Positions 36,101 through 48,289 of a stretch of DNA of 64,000 nucleotides are shown here, one piece after another (position 1 is the stretch's first letter; each line of letters opens with the position of its first letter). A program made the position numbers and the translations under genes. Source of the stretch: Squalus acanthias (Eukaryota). The stretch lies in contig CM059433.1 in assembly GCA_030390025.1 (NCBI GenBank), positions 97,030,001 to 97,094,000 of the forward strand. The letters run 5' to 3'. The notes under the pieces were generated by a model, which saw nothing but the letters and a program-made list of their open reading frames with translations, was not told the origin of the DNA and made no database searches.

Positions 36101-39100
36101 CACTGACTAAAGGCAACAATGCAGCCTCTGTCACCGACAAAAATGGATGGCCATGGTAAATGTCGATCCGTTTCATGAAGATAAAAGGTTTCATTAAAGT
36201 TTACCCCAGGTTAAAACAATAAAACCCATGCTTGTGCACTGAGGATTTTCATGTAACCTGATCGGAGGCTCATTCCCTTTTGATGGTAATCGCTTACTGT
36301 TTTGCTCTGAACTAGATGCAAAGTTGGTACTTTAGATATTCAAATTCAATACTTAACCAGGCACAATTATTACAAGTCAGGCACAATTATTACAAAATAC
36401 GGAAATTCTAGCACAACTTTACATTTGAACCGCATCTATTCTGTCAAAACTCCACTGGGAGTGATCTAACTAAATGTAACCTGCAACACTGCTGAATAAG
36501 CAGAGGAAATCCAGGTTTTCATTGCGCCCCCGCCCCCCAGGATCTGAACAGGTGAGGAACTTCTGCACAAGGAACAGTTTCTGCATCGGATTTGGTGACT
36601 GCGGATTCCTCGAATTCCGGGGTCATTGCAGTTCTGTAAGACACACGCAGACTTGATTAACCTCGTCGTTCCAGCCAACAGAGATACACGCAAGATTAGT
36701 AACGAGATTTTTTGAATGTCCAACAAATGAAATATTCAACACACCCATAGCTATCTGATTGCAATTTTGTCCTCGCATCTAAATGTAGAACCTATAGTTT
36801 ACAGCACGGAATTGTGCCATTCGACCCATCGTGTCTGTGCGGGCTTTCTGGTAAAGCAATTAAAACCTGATCCCTCTGTACCTTAAAGAAAGACTTGCAT
36901 TTATATAGCGCTTTTCACGACCACCGGACTTCCCAAAGGGCTTTACAGCCAATGAAGTACTTTTGAAGTGTAGTCACTGTTGTAACGCGGCAGCCAATTT
37001 GCGCACAGCAAGCTCCCACAAACAGCAATGTGATAATGACCAGATAATCTGTTTTTTGTGATGTTGATTGAGGGATAAATATTGCCCAGGACACTGGAGA
37101 TAACTGCCCTACTCTTCTTCGAAATAGTGCCATGGGATCTCTTACCTCCACCTGAGAAAGCAAACCTTGCATAGAACCATAAAAGTTTACAAAATACATA
37201 GTTCAATGTGCAATCGAAAGTAGTTGGGAACTGATGATGAAGAAAGAGTACAATTGGTCAAGAACTGGATTAATACTAGTGTCACAATGATGGTGTAACT
37301 CGGTCTGAAAACCCTTTATTTGGCGGGAAACCCCACAAGAAATTTAACATGACAGAACTCGTGCATTTACAGTGGCGTTTGGCGGACCCCTCTCTGACTT
37401 CGCTAAACCTAACCATTAACAAAAACCTTCACAATTATCACTGGTTAGCGTGAACATCTAAAAACTTAGGTATGGATTGAAGAGCACGGTTTTCATCTAA
37501 TATATGAGTTAGTGCTGCAGGAAGGAGTGTGTCACCGCAGCTGATTTTGTAACGGTCTCATCATCAGTCATAAAATCCTACAAACCAACCAATAACCCAC
37601 TGACAAGATGAAACAGTTCGTATTCTAATTTCAATAATCCTCCGGGTCAGCTGAGATGAAGTGAGCAAACATTTGATAAGCAATATTATCGTAAATCAAG
37701 CAGAAACGATACAAAACGGAAGCATTCAATATCTAAAACCAGTCTAATCATCCCTGTTTGCCATACCTGTGAGTCCCTGTTAATTGAGTACCTTTCCGTA
37801 GGTGGCATTATTGAACATGCCGAGACGCAGCGTTGCGCCAAGTGTTTTTCTGTGCCCAGTGATTATGGCAAATTCGAAACTCGCACCGACAGTCTGAAAC
37901 AGTTCGTATTCTCCCTTCAACCAGAATTAAAAACCCATCAACAATCCTGCCAGGGAACCCCTACTCCCACGCCGCGTAATAATGTGACACTGAATTCCGA
38001 CAAATAACGCACATTTCTTCACAAACTGCTCATTCGTCTCAAAAGGGACCCCACGTTGTCAAAAATGTGGTCTGAACTCATATTATCACCATGTGCCCAA
38101 AATACATACCAGCAGGTTACATAGAGCTTGGACCGTTCCCATCCTTGTCACATGCTACAAACATGTGTTTGACTCCGGTATCTGGGTAACCTGAATTTTT
38201 TATAAACATTTTCCAAACAATTATATAACTTGGAACATCAGTTCTGCTGGATCTCCATTGGGAATCAGCTTGGAGGGGGAGGGCGGGGTTGTCATTGTCC
38301 ATGTTTGTATATATTTATTTAATGTTAATTTAATGGGATTGTAAATATGGTGAGCCAGTAGCGGGGTATTTATCTCTGATTCCATACCTCTGTGAGTGGG
38401 TTGAAAATGCTTGACGCTAGATAGTCCACTATCTGATTTCTGTTCACTAGACACATTGTAAAGGTGATGGGTAGAACTTGTTTATTGTCCAGTTGTGGTC
38501 TCATTTTAAGAAAAAAAAAGTTGAGTACCTTGTGATTTTGTTGTATTTTATTCAGTTTAAATGTGATGCTGCTTCACTTTTCAGACAGATTATGTTGCTA
38601 GGTCTGTCCACCTACTGGTTATTTGAATGAAAACCAATTTGTCTTCAAGAAACAAACGAACACATAATAAACCTTGCTTCCGAAATGAACTGTTTCTCTC
38701 TCTTTCTCTTGTAGTAAAGCAATAACGTGCAACTACAATATGAGCGTCCATTTGTCCCTGGGAGATTGTCTATGACATTAGGTAAAGGTTTGAAAAGTGT
38801 GACGACAATAAACCTGCTGTATTTCAGGATGTTTTAACGTTGGGACATTTATTTAAGTTATAAAGTGTACCGTTTATACGCCACTTTTCTGCACTGTGAT
38901 CAAAGCTTTAGGATCTATAGCTGGACATTGAAGGGTGGATTTGCCCACAGCCAACGCGAATGGGGTAAGTGTCGGCTGCGTGGGTGAGGACTGGGAAATC
39001 TAGCCTTGCATGTACTTCAATGGTCTCGAAATTACGCCGTGCAAATAACGTTTGAATGCCAAATGCTTTGTATGATATTCCTTTGACGGCTATTTCAAAA

Positions 39101-40010
39101 CAACAACGGGAATTTATAGAGTATTAATTAATCTATGTTAAATATGTTGATGCCGTTGTTCGTAGCAAACAAAGGCATTTCATACAAATAGGGGAAACAA
39201 TTCTGTTAATATCCACATTAGGTAATTCCAAGGCCCACATTTTTACTCTCTGTGTATGAGGCTATATGATGTGTATTCTCAGTAGGGAGCCTTGCCCGCT
39301 GGTAGCGCATATCCAGAAAGCATGGGTGCGCAGTTTCAATATGCGGCCTTGGCGGGCAAGGTTCCAGCTGGGGGAAAGCGTTCATACAAATAGAAGTCCT
39401 ATAGGCCCCAAAGTCTTGTCTGGCCCGAGCCCGACTTATTTTTCTTTACCCATATTTAGTTTCTTTAGAAACAAGAAATGCACACATGGTTTCTCTGTTT
39501 AACTCAATTGCTGGGGTTAGGTTAGCTCTGACCTTTCGTTTTATGATCTGTACCTGTCTGACAAGCCAATCATTCCTGAGAGCGGTGTCTTTCTGTACTC
39601 TACCTCTGTTTCATATTTGTTGACTATTGAAATAGAGACTATAATTGAAATTACAATAGTGACGGATATCATACACGATTACTGAACTCTTACGCAATTT
39701 TAAGTATAATTTATGTACCATCTCCAGAATATTTCTGCGAGTGCCTTAGACTTCACTCAACTGTGGAAATGAAAGCAAGCTAAAATGAAAATTATACTCC
39801 TAAAGGGAAATATTGTGGTACACAATATATGGTGCTCATGTATATTGTATAAATTCTCAAAATTACCTATGTTAATCGGTTATAAATTTCTTAAAACCAA
39901 CTTGGATTCCTACTATTTATTACCCATATATTAATAATATATTCTATTATTATATTCTTAAGAATATATAACTATATATTAATAATAAAGAATAACCATA
40001 TTGATGTTAA
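33141..40010 (+). other. Putative long 3' UTR of tfap2b (3' end uncertain)
   Basis: Follows the stop codon. AATAAA at 36218 and 39984 (others near 38.7-38.8 kb); AU-rich block with TGTANATA motifs at 38306 and 38340. Confidence 0.4.
36885..37160 (-). mobile_element. 5'-truncated Deu-SINE (SacSINE1-like)
   Basis: Reverse strand cccatggcactatttcgaagaagag...cagattatctggtcattatcacattgctgtttgtgggagcttgctgtgcgcaaattggctgcc...gcgctatataaatgcaagtctttcttt. Confidence 0.85.
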
Positions 40011-40139
40011 ACCTTTGTTGTAAAAAAAGATGCAAATTGATTTTATTCAACCATGGAGTCTTTTTTCAAGTTTATATTTTTCTTTTGGTGAATTTTTAAG
40101 TTATGAAGATGATAGATATCCAGTCTGGAAGTTTAAATT

Positions 40140-40530
40140 TTGTCAGCCACTATCAGCATAAGACACAGCAAAGGCCAAATATCTTATAAAGCTCCCTTTA
40201 CTCTACCCCATTGCTGTTTCACCCAACTTTGAAAGAGCCACACTGTACCTCCTCCCCCAAACTGCATTATTGCTAATTTTTCATTCCCCTACCACCCATT
40301 TTATGGCCTCTCTGAATGAGACTAGCAATCAGTTACCAATTTCTGTATAATGCTTAGCAGTTTCATGTTGTTGATCTTTATTCACTAGGAACTGTGTTGA
40401 GACTGGCCAAATGCATTCTTAAAGAACCCTTAGTGATGATAAGGAAAGAAGATTTTTATCCTTTTAGTCTAGGGTGGGTGTGAACCCAGGCTGCAGAAAT
40501 GAAAACTTAGCATGTTAACATATTACCAAT
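40140..40530 (-). mobile_element. LF-SINE-like ancient SINE
   Basis: Reverse strand ctgggttcacaccc (B box) ... gtctcaacacagttcctagtga ... aattggtaactgattgctagtctcattcagagaggcca resembles the recalled LF-SINE body. Confidence 0.55.
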
Positions 40531-40651
40531 GCTGAACATTTTAATGGTTCTGCAGCAGAATTGACATAAGAATCAAAACACATTTAATTCTGTTTTACAA
40601 ATTAAAAAATACAAAAAAAAAATTAATGTTATCTATGAACCCAAAATCTAT

Positions 40652-40790
40652 GGGAGTGAAATTCAACTTTGGCAGTGGTGCAAAATGGGCAGCAGCAGAC
40701 TGATGGTCAGTTACACACCCTGTCCAATTTATGGTGGTCGATCTACTACCGTCTGTTTTGCACCACTGCCAAAGTTAATTTTCAACTCCT
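40652..40790. mobile_element. Palindromic MITE
   Basis: ggagtgaaattcaactttggcagtggtgcaaaa / ttttgcaccactgccaaagttaattttcaactcc. Confidence 0.8.
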
Positions 40791-41839
40791 GTGTGTCTAT
40801 TCAGATCCTGAGAAAACAATAGGTGCTTTATCAGTTAGCTTTCCCTAGTCCTAAGCCTCTCCATGAAATTCATGTATTTTATTTATTTGAGAACCCAAGG
40901 TGAAAGCCATGGTATATGGCGCAGACACCACCAAAGTTGAAAAGAGTAAAAGCAATGAGGTGAATCAGGAAGTAGTGATTAGGCAACACCAAGCTTTGCT
41001 TGAAAAGCCAGAAGATTGTAGGAGGAAGTAAAGACTGATGGAAGTAAAGAGTTACAGTTTTGAGGTCCAAGAAATAAATTAAAGTCAGAGACTGCAAATT
41101 TTCTTGATTTCAACCAATCGTTCCAGCCAGTATCAGCTGACCAGGATCCGAAAGGTAAGTTAGACTTCATTTTTGTGGAGCCGGGAGCAGCAAAAGTACC
41201 CCTTCAGGCTCCACAAGACCTGCCTGGGCCACTGCCATTCCAGCTACCCCCTTAAGGAACCTACCTTCTTTGGGCCAGGAAGCCAAGTAGGCCGCCTGAT
41301 ATTGCGGTGGCTCGGAGCTGGTGGGCTGCCCCCAGGGTGATCAATTTCCAGTGGCAGTCTGCTGGCTCAATACTAATATGCCTGGTGCTCAAAAAGGCCT
41401 CCCACAGGGATTATTAGATGGCCGGCTGGTGCGTTTCACTGGTCAGCTGCCCAAAGTCCCCTCTGGGTGGAAAATACACCCCTATGATGCTGATTAGTTG
41501 ATTAGCCTGCTGACACTCATTGCCAAAGCTAACAGATGAATATAGGAGAACAGGAACCTATCCCTTAATGCCTTTACTAACAAAGTCAGTATCTATCTCC
41601 CTTTTGAACACTTCAATTGATTCTGCTTCAATGGCTTAATGGGGCAGTATACTTTGTGTCCTGACAGCACTTTATGTAAAAGACGTTTCTTGGATTCACT
41701 TTTGACTGGCTCAGGTCTAATTCAAAGATTATGAGGGTAATTTTCATTTTGAACAATGAAAACTGGTGGTTGCGGATCAACCAGCCATTAAATGCCCCAC
41801 TAATTTTCCTTTCCATTGGTTTCCGCCGGTGCCCAAAGA

Positions 41840-42130
41840 AATATTACTCCCCATGCCTAATTGCTATAGATTCACCAATTAGAGAAACTCTCCCCTGTCA
41901 ATTACCTTTATTATTTTATGCACCTAATCAGATCACCTTTAACTTCCTCATCTCCAAGGCATATAACTCTTATCATAGCTAAGTCCTTTCATCCCAGGGA
42001 TTCCAGTGAGTTGCAATTGGATTCCCTTTAAAACTAGTATACCTTTCCTAAGGTGGGGCACCCTAAACGGAACACCATTTTCCAAATTTAGTTCTGTCTA
42101 AGTGCAGTAGCACTTGCTTGCATTTATATT
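41840..42130 (-). mobile_element. Degraded CR1 ORF2 fragment
   Basis: atcagatcacctttaacttcc...cctttcctaaggtggggcaccctaaacggaacacc (reverse of decayed FW.PHLRK and LRGDLI motifs). Confidence 0.6.
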
Positions 42131-42776
42131 CTATTCCTTTGGTGATGAAGCACAACAACTGAGGTACTGGGAGATGACTGAGGCGAACGGAACAATACCC
42201 CAGGAAGGAGTCAATGCTGTCAGGGAAGGAGGATGGGAGCTGAGAAAATTGGCAAGAGAAAAAAATTATAAAGAAACCAGTAATGTGTGCTATTCATAAT
42301 CATTACATTCCCAGTTAATTTGTATAACAAAACTTGGTCAGAACAATATAAAATTGTGATGCAATTAGATGCTGGCAGTTATAGGCAATTCTTTTTTAAA
42401 TTGCCTGCCACACTTTTAAAACTTATCTATCTGGACACCCGGCCCCTCTATCAAAGGAAACATGTTCCTGCAACACTATCAATGCTGCTAAAATGGTGCC
42501 TGAAAGGTGTTCTGAACTCTATGGCTGGCACATGAATCAGGTGATGTCATATTAACTACAATGCAAATGGTCAAAGTTATTTTGTACTCATCAAAATGAA
42601 ACCTGTCGGTGCTGGTAAATGGAATACTTTTTTTTAAACTTTTGACCTAGTCTCAGCATTTGACACTGCCAGGTCTGGTTTATCAGATTAGAGGCAGGGC
42701 AAAGCTCACTCTATCCAAACAATAGGCTTTAACCACAGTTTAGAAAATTAGCAAGATGAGCTTGTACCAACTCAAC

Positions 42777-43691
42777 GGGCTGGATTTTAAGGAGTAAGGC
42801 GGGTTTGGGGAGCGGGCTGGCTCCGAGGCGGTCGGGAAACCCCGGAGGCCAGGTTTCCCGCAGGCCCTGCCAACTTTAACAGCAGGGCCTGATTTGCATG
42901 CAAGGCCTCAGTTTCACGCCCACAGCCAACAGATTGGCTGGCTGGCTGCGGGCAGGTAGGCCTGCGGCACTAGGCCACACAGAGGAGGGAGGGAAGGTAC
43001 GAGTGGGGGCCAGGCCGTTAAAAGAATCGGGTGGGGGGGCTGGGGGGGTTGGGCAGAGGATCGGGGCGGGGGGGGGGGAGGGTGTAGGAGAGAAGATCAA
43101 GGCCAGATGATCGGGGGCGGGGGGGAGGTGGTGAAGGGAAGATCGTGGCCAGCCACCGGAGGATCAGGGCCAGCCACCAGATGATCGGTGGGTGGGGAAA
43201 GAAGATTGTGACTGGCCTCGGCATCATCGGTGGGGTGGAGGAAGGCCTTGGGGGGGGGTGATCGAAGGGCTGGCGGGTGATCGGAGGCCTCGTGGTGGGG
43301 GGGGGGGGTCTCTGACCATGGGTCGGTGGGCTAGGCAGGGACCCTGGATCCAGGAGGTAGGTGTAAAGGCACTTACCCTCTTGGATGCAGCCGTCCCTGC
43401 CTTGCTGTAACTGTCGGGTTTTACGAAGGGTGTAAAACCTGTCCACATGCAGTTAAAAACCAAATGGAGGTTAAAAAAGAGGCTTCCAGTCTCATTATAA
43501 TATTTAAATTGATGCCCCGCCTCAGGGGAGCGGGTTGGCTGCCCACTCCCATCCTGCTTCCCGTCCCGCCTCCGTTAAAACCGGAAGTGGACGGGATGGA
43601 GGTGGGTTCTGGTTGGTAATCCGATTTTTAACAATTTAACTACCCCCACGCTCCAAACCCACCCACTTTTTTTTAGGTTAAAATTCCCCCC
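42777..43691. mobile_element. Non-autonomous DNA transposon, PIF/Harbinger-like
   Basis: 14-bp imperfect TIRs gggctggattttaa / ttaaaattcccccc, 3-bp TSD AAC (42774-42776, 43692-43694), G-rich interior with recurring gatcg. Confidence 0.8.
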
Positions 43692-44099
43692 AACATTTCT
43701 ATTTATCACCAACTGTTCCTGTGATCATTTTGAGTATAATTGTCTAATTAGTGCTAAATAACATTGTTTACTTAAGCAACCTAGCGATTAGGGTTAAGAC
43801 AGCTCAGGCACATGGCACATAAAATCCAGAATTTATTTTAGAATGTGCACAAATTTTTTTAATAGCTTGCAGTGAAATCAAAATCCATACCATTGCAAGG
43901 CAGTACAAATCACATGGTTCGATATCACTGCAATCTGAGCAGAAGATTACAGTAGAGGCATATGCATTGAAAAATTACTGCACTTCTAAATATATGTTAT
44001 ATAAAACAACAAGGAATGTTTTCCAGCAATAACATGTCTCAGGGTTTAGGTGACATTGATTAAACTTCCAAAAGTTTGTTCTTGCAGTTTTGTTTTGCT

Positions 44100-44460
44100 A
44101 TTTTGCTCCCCCTCATCTCCTGCAAACTATGATTTAAACTGGGGACAGCTCCATAAGTGTCAGCACGCCCTTGGCAGCACACTGAAGTGATCATTTTTTA
44201 TGTGTGAACCTAGGCAGTGAGGGCTAGAAGGCAGGCTTTTCAACAATGGGTCACAGCTGAGCCCAATTCGGTCCTCACTAGACACACACATTCCTAGCAG
44301 AGGTCATTGGATAGTTATCAGGAGCAGGAGCCATGGCTTATTTTTCCCCTCCGTATCCCAGGGTTACTGAGGCCAATTATACTGTCCCTACCACCTTCTT
44401 GGCTAAGATCAACAAACTCAGCATAGATCAGGTCCCCATGAATCAGTACCAACCTATTTG
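44100..44460 (-). mobile_element. Old SINE-like interspersed repeat, family not assigned
   Basis: Reverse strand tgctgagtttgttgatcttagcc...aattggcctcag...gaggggaaaaataagcc...ctcctgctcctgat; partial relative near 54130-54230. Confidence 0.45.
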
Positions 44461-44989
44461 GTACATTTGCTTGCTGAAGCATGTGATTTATGATAACCTC
44501 TAACCATTTCTTTACCTGGAAACACACTCCCAGCTAAGTTTAATTCTGTATCTAATTCAAGGGAAATGATCAGGACTCCATTCTGTACCTCATCAATTTA
44601 GTTCTGCACGTCTACATTCACTCACTACTATCTATATGTACGACTATTATTCAAATTATCTCAGAATTTATTGCTAAAGATCAATTTATTAAAGATCAGC
44701 AGTCCCTGACACAGTCGTTCTCCAGTCAATGGATGTTGGTCCCACATGCACATTGACTAAATGCCTCTGCTTGAAAGTTGTCTTGTGCATGCTGTAACAT
44801 CCTAATACTGTGATAAAAGGAGTAATTCTAGGTGATAGATGGGAAGGCTGAAATCACAAAGCATTATCAAATTTAATTTGTGAATATCCTGACCTTGAAT
44901 TAAAAACATAAAAAGTGGAATTTAAAGTTCGACTGCACCGGTATTGAAAATTAATTGTGACAAATGTACAAAACAATTAGAAATAACTA

Positions 44990-45178
44990 AAACAAAAGCA
45001 GAAAATGCTGGAAATACACAGGCAACATCTGTCAAGAGAACACAGTTCTGAAAAAGGGTTCCATCCCCAAAACATTGATTTTTGTTCTCTCCACAGATGC
45101 GACCTGAGTTGCTGAGAGTTTCCAACATTTTCTGTTTCTGTTTCCGATTTCCAGCAACTGCAGTAGTTTGCTTTTTGT
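44990..45178. mobile_element. Penelope-like pseudo-LTR remnant (inverted arrangement)
   Basis: cagaaaatgctggaaatac ... gtttccaacattttctg inverted pair, tctctccacagatgc, degenerate ctga...aaac core. Confidence 0.6.
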
Positions 45179-46584
45179 TCAATTAGAAATGATTTTTTTT
45201 GTGACGTTCTCCTCATTTGAAAGGCCAGGGTAAGGGCCTTCAATGGCTTGCTCACAAGCATTTGTCTAAAATAATAGTTGCCCAGTAATTAATTAAAAAA
45301 AATGCAGGCACACTATCTTTGTGCCATGTCTGAACTTTGTTGCCAAATCATAAAATGTAGGCATTTGGCTTAACCCCCAGCATTGAACACTGCTCAAAAA
45401 AAGGAGTGAATGTGAGGAGAGGATGGGGAGAGGGGCAGAAGTGGGAGCAATGTCCAAGCACCAAAATATATTTTTTCAATACCCAGCTTTGGAAATATTG
45501 TACAAATTTTGGACTCAATCAGGAGGCCAGCATTGGCAGGTGATTTAAAACATTTTTTAGGTGGTGGTGGTGACAGAGGGGATCATAACCTCTGCATCCT
45601 TTAACTTTAATTGAAGATAATATTTAAAAACTTTAAGCCATCATTTTAGTGAACCTGCTGCCGAATTTCAAGTTATCTTCAATAGGCAAACAAGCTCTGA
45701 TTACAATAAATTTAGAGTGGAGGTTAAACAATTCGATATTATCATAATAATGCATTTAAAATAGGGCAACTAATGTTACCTGCAAGCTTTGCACTCTTGG
45801 TTATGAGGCCAAGCTTCCCATTGAGAGATTGATTTATTTACTTGAACCACTGGAGGAGCTACTTTGATGCATAGCTTTGCCAGGGTGGTGTATTGAAACA
45901 ACATATTACATATAGCTCGGGACCTTTGGGAAGCAAGGTGCTGAGAAACTATCTTGGAGCAAAATTGACCTGTGCAATTCAGTCACATGTTATCGGAAGC
46001 ACAATAACTCTGTCAGAGCAGAGTCTCCAGCCAGCTACTACAGAGTGTTAGTATTAGATGATCCCGGTCCTTTGGCAAGGTTTCAAGCCACATCCTTTTG
46101 TCTTTAGGGCAACAGCTTTGGCAACTGAATTAACGGACATCACCTCATTTCACGCCATTGTTCAACTGGATTGCAACTGAGTCAGAAACCAAAGTATAAC
46201 ATCGCCCTACAGCATATCACATCATAATACATCTAATGGTCAATTCTTTTCCTGTCCACCTGGTCTCCTATTCTGCGTATCATATCAAGAACGTTGTCCA
46301 TAGCTTCACTACAATCACTGCATATCAAATATATCAAAAAAGATTCAAATAATGCAGCTGAGCAGCTCAGTGGTAGTAGTGTCAGCTTTATGTCCAGTCA
46401 CAGGGATGTGCCCTGACATTCAAACTAGCGCCTCTTGCAATATATTTCTTTAGTCCTTGACTATGTTTGGTGACAGTGGAGGAGAAACCTGGCATTATCT
46501 CAAGGTGAAATTGTTTATTATAGCGCTGAAATTGTATTGAAAAAGTCAGAGCAGCTGTCAGATTTAGAATCTTTCACATTCTTG

Positions 46585-46740
46585 ATCTTGACCTCTCTGT
46601 CCTTGCAAACTAACGTCCCATTCCAACCACCCTTTCCTCTCTAAAGTCCTTGAGAATGCGTTTTCACCTTCCAAATCCTTGCCCATCTTTCCCACAACTC
46701 CATATTTGCACTCTCCTTCAACCCTCTAGCTTCTGCATCC
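46585..46740 (+). mobile_element. L2-clade LINE RT fragment
   Basis: cttgacctctctgtccttgcaaacta..cccattccaacc..cctttcctctctaaagtccttgag (decayed LD.SVLANYRPISNLPFLSKVLE). Confidence 0.6.
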
Positions 46741-47516
46741 ATGCACTAAATACAAACATTGGCAAAGATGCTCATTGTAAATTGTGCAGCATTAGCTTTT
46801 TTACTGTAGTGCAAAGTAAGAGCAAACAACAGTTGGAGTATTTAAGTAGGAACAGCACCAGCAGAATCAGTAACGCAATAAAAAGGCATTAATTGGCCTC
46901 CAACAAGCTTGAAGCCAGTGAAAGGAAGCTCATAATCCCAAAGGTTGTGGTAGGCCACTACAGTAGGAAGTACAGTGAGATGGCACCTATGCCTGCCAGC
47001 AATCCCTAATACTGACTCCATCTGAGCTCCCAGTTTCAGCAAATGTACATATTCTGGGCAGGCATTTGCATTCTTTTGGCACAACTGGGACACCCATCCC
47101 AGTGAGAGGGAGGAAGGAATGTCTCTGCCAGGCCACAGTACACCAGAGCCGGCTGGGCAGATGGATCACAAAGAAGAACTGTAAGGCCCAAATTTAAACT
47201 TGTCACTTAGAAGTGGTAATCAATTGCTGCATGGAAACCACATATAATAACCTGCTGGAACCCCCTCCGTACCCCCTCCCCCCACCCAAGACTGGTATAC
47301 GCCAGCCTAACTTGACAATGACCGTGTGCTGAGTTCAAATGAATAGGATTGTCGCAGCAGCACTGAGTATGAACAGTCGCTGTGTGTCAAATTATCTCCG
47401 GGATGATGTTTGAGCTCTAACATCTGAAATTTAATACGCATCTGTTAATCCTTCTGTCCTGTGAATTCAATTCCTTTAAGGCAAGCTTTAACTTAAAAGA
47501 GCATTTTAAAACAACT

Positions 47517-48250
47517 GGGCCTAGAAATAGGTCGATGGCGCGCTCATTTTACAGGTGTAAAACGGAAACCAAAGCATCCAATATGGCGGGCATTCTGCAC
47601 CGGAAGAGCAGCGCCTGGCATATTGGTAAAGCAGAAAAAGAGGCGTCCAGGGCCCGCGCCTGAAACAGGCGCTCAGGATAATAGAAACTAGGAGCAGGAG
47701 TAGGCCATTCGGCCCGTCAAGCCTGCTCCACCATTCAATACGATCATGGCTGATCATCCAAATCCAGTACCCTGTCCCTGCTTTCTCACACAGAATCCCC
47801 ATCGAGCCTGCACCGACACATATCCCACCCTATCCCCGTAACCCCACGTATTTAATTCCCCCTAACATAGCCCATCCTATCCCTGTAACCCCACATATTT
47901 AATCCCCCCCCTAACACTAAGGGTCAATTTATCATAGCCAAATCAACCTAACCCGCACATAATGTATCTAACCACCGATCTTTAAAGGGACCATTGGAGG
48001 CCTCCACTAAAAAGGTTAAGTTTGTTAAGAAAATACTTACCTCCCTCCTGATCGCCTACCCTCCACCCCCCCACCCCCAGGACCTATCTAATGCCACTGC
48101 CGGTGATGCAGCAGCTGGAAATCCAATGTCGATTTGTCGGCGAGCAACCTGGGGATGCCCGGAATGCGTCCACAGCGCGCCAGTTCATTTAAATGCCTCA
48201 GGCCTACGCGTTCTGGTGGAGGGAATGATCCCAGCGCCCAGTTCGATTTA
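47517..48250. mobile_element. CpG-rich non-autonomous TIR element hosting a SINE insertion
   Basis: Starts gggcctagaaat; GC-rich body continues on both sides of the SINE; right end uncertain. Confidence 0.5.
47683..47958 (-). mobile_element. 5'-truncated copy of the double-tailed V-SINE subfamily
   Basis: Near-identical to 27954-28220 including the internal duplication; ATAAT TSD at 47678-47682 and 47959-47963. Confidence 0.88.
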
Positions 48251-48289
48251 TTTTCAAATACGTATCTAGTTTCATTTTAATTGATGTTA

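Noticed and set aside
43018-43446. Pro-rich 142-aa ORF and overlapping Gly-rich ORFs
   Set aside because: Translation of G/C runs inside a non-autonomous transposon.
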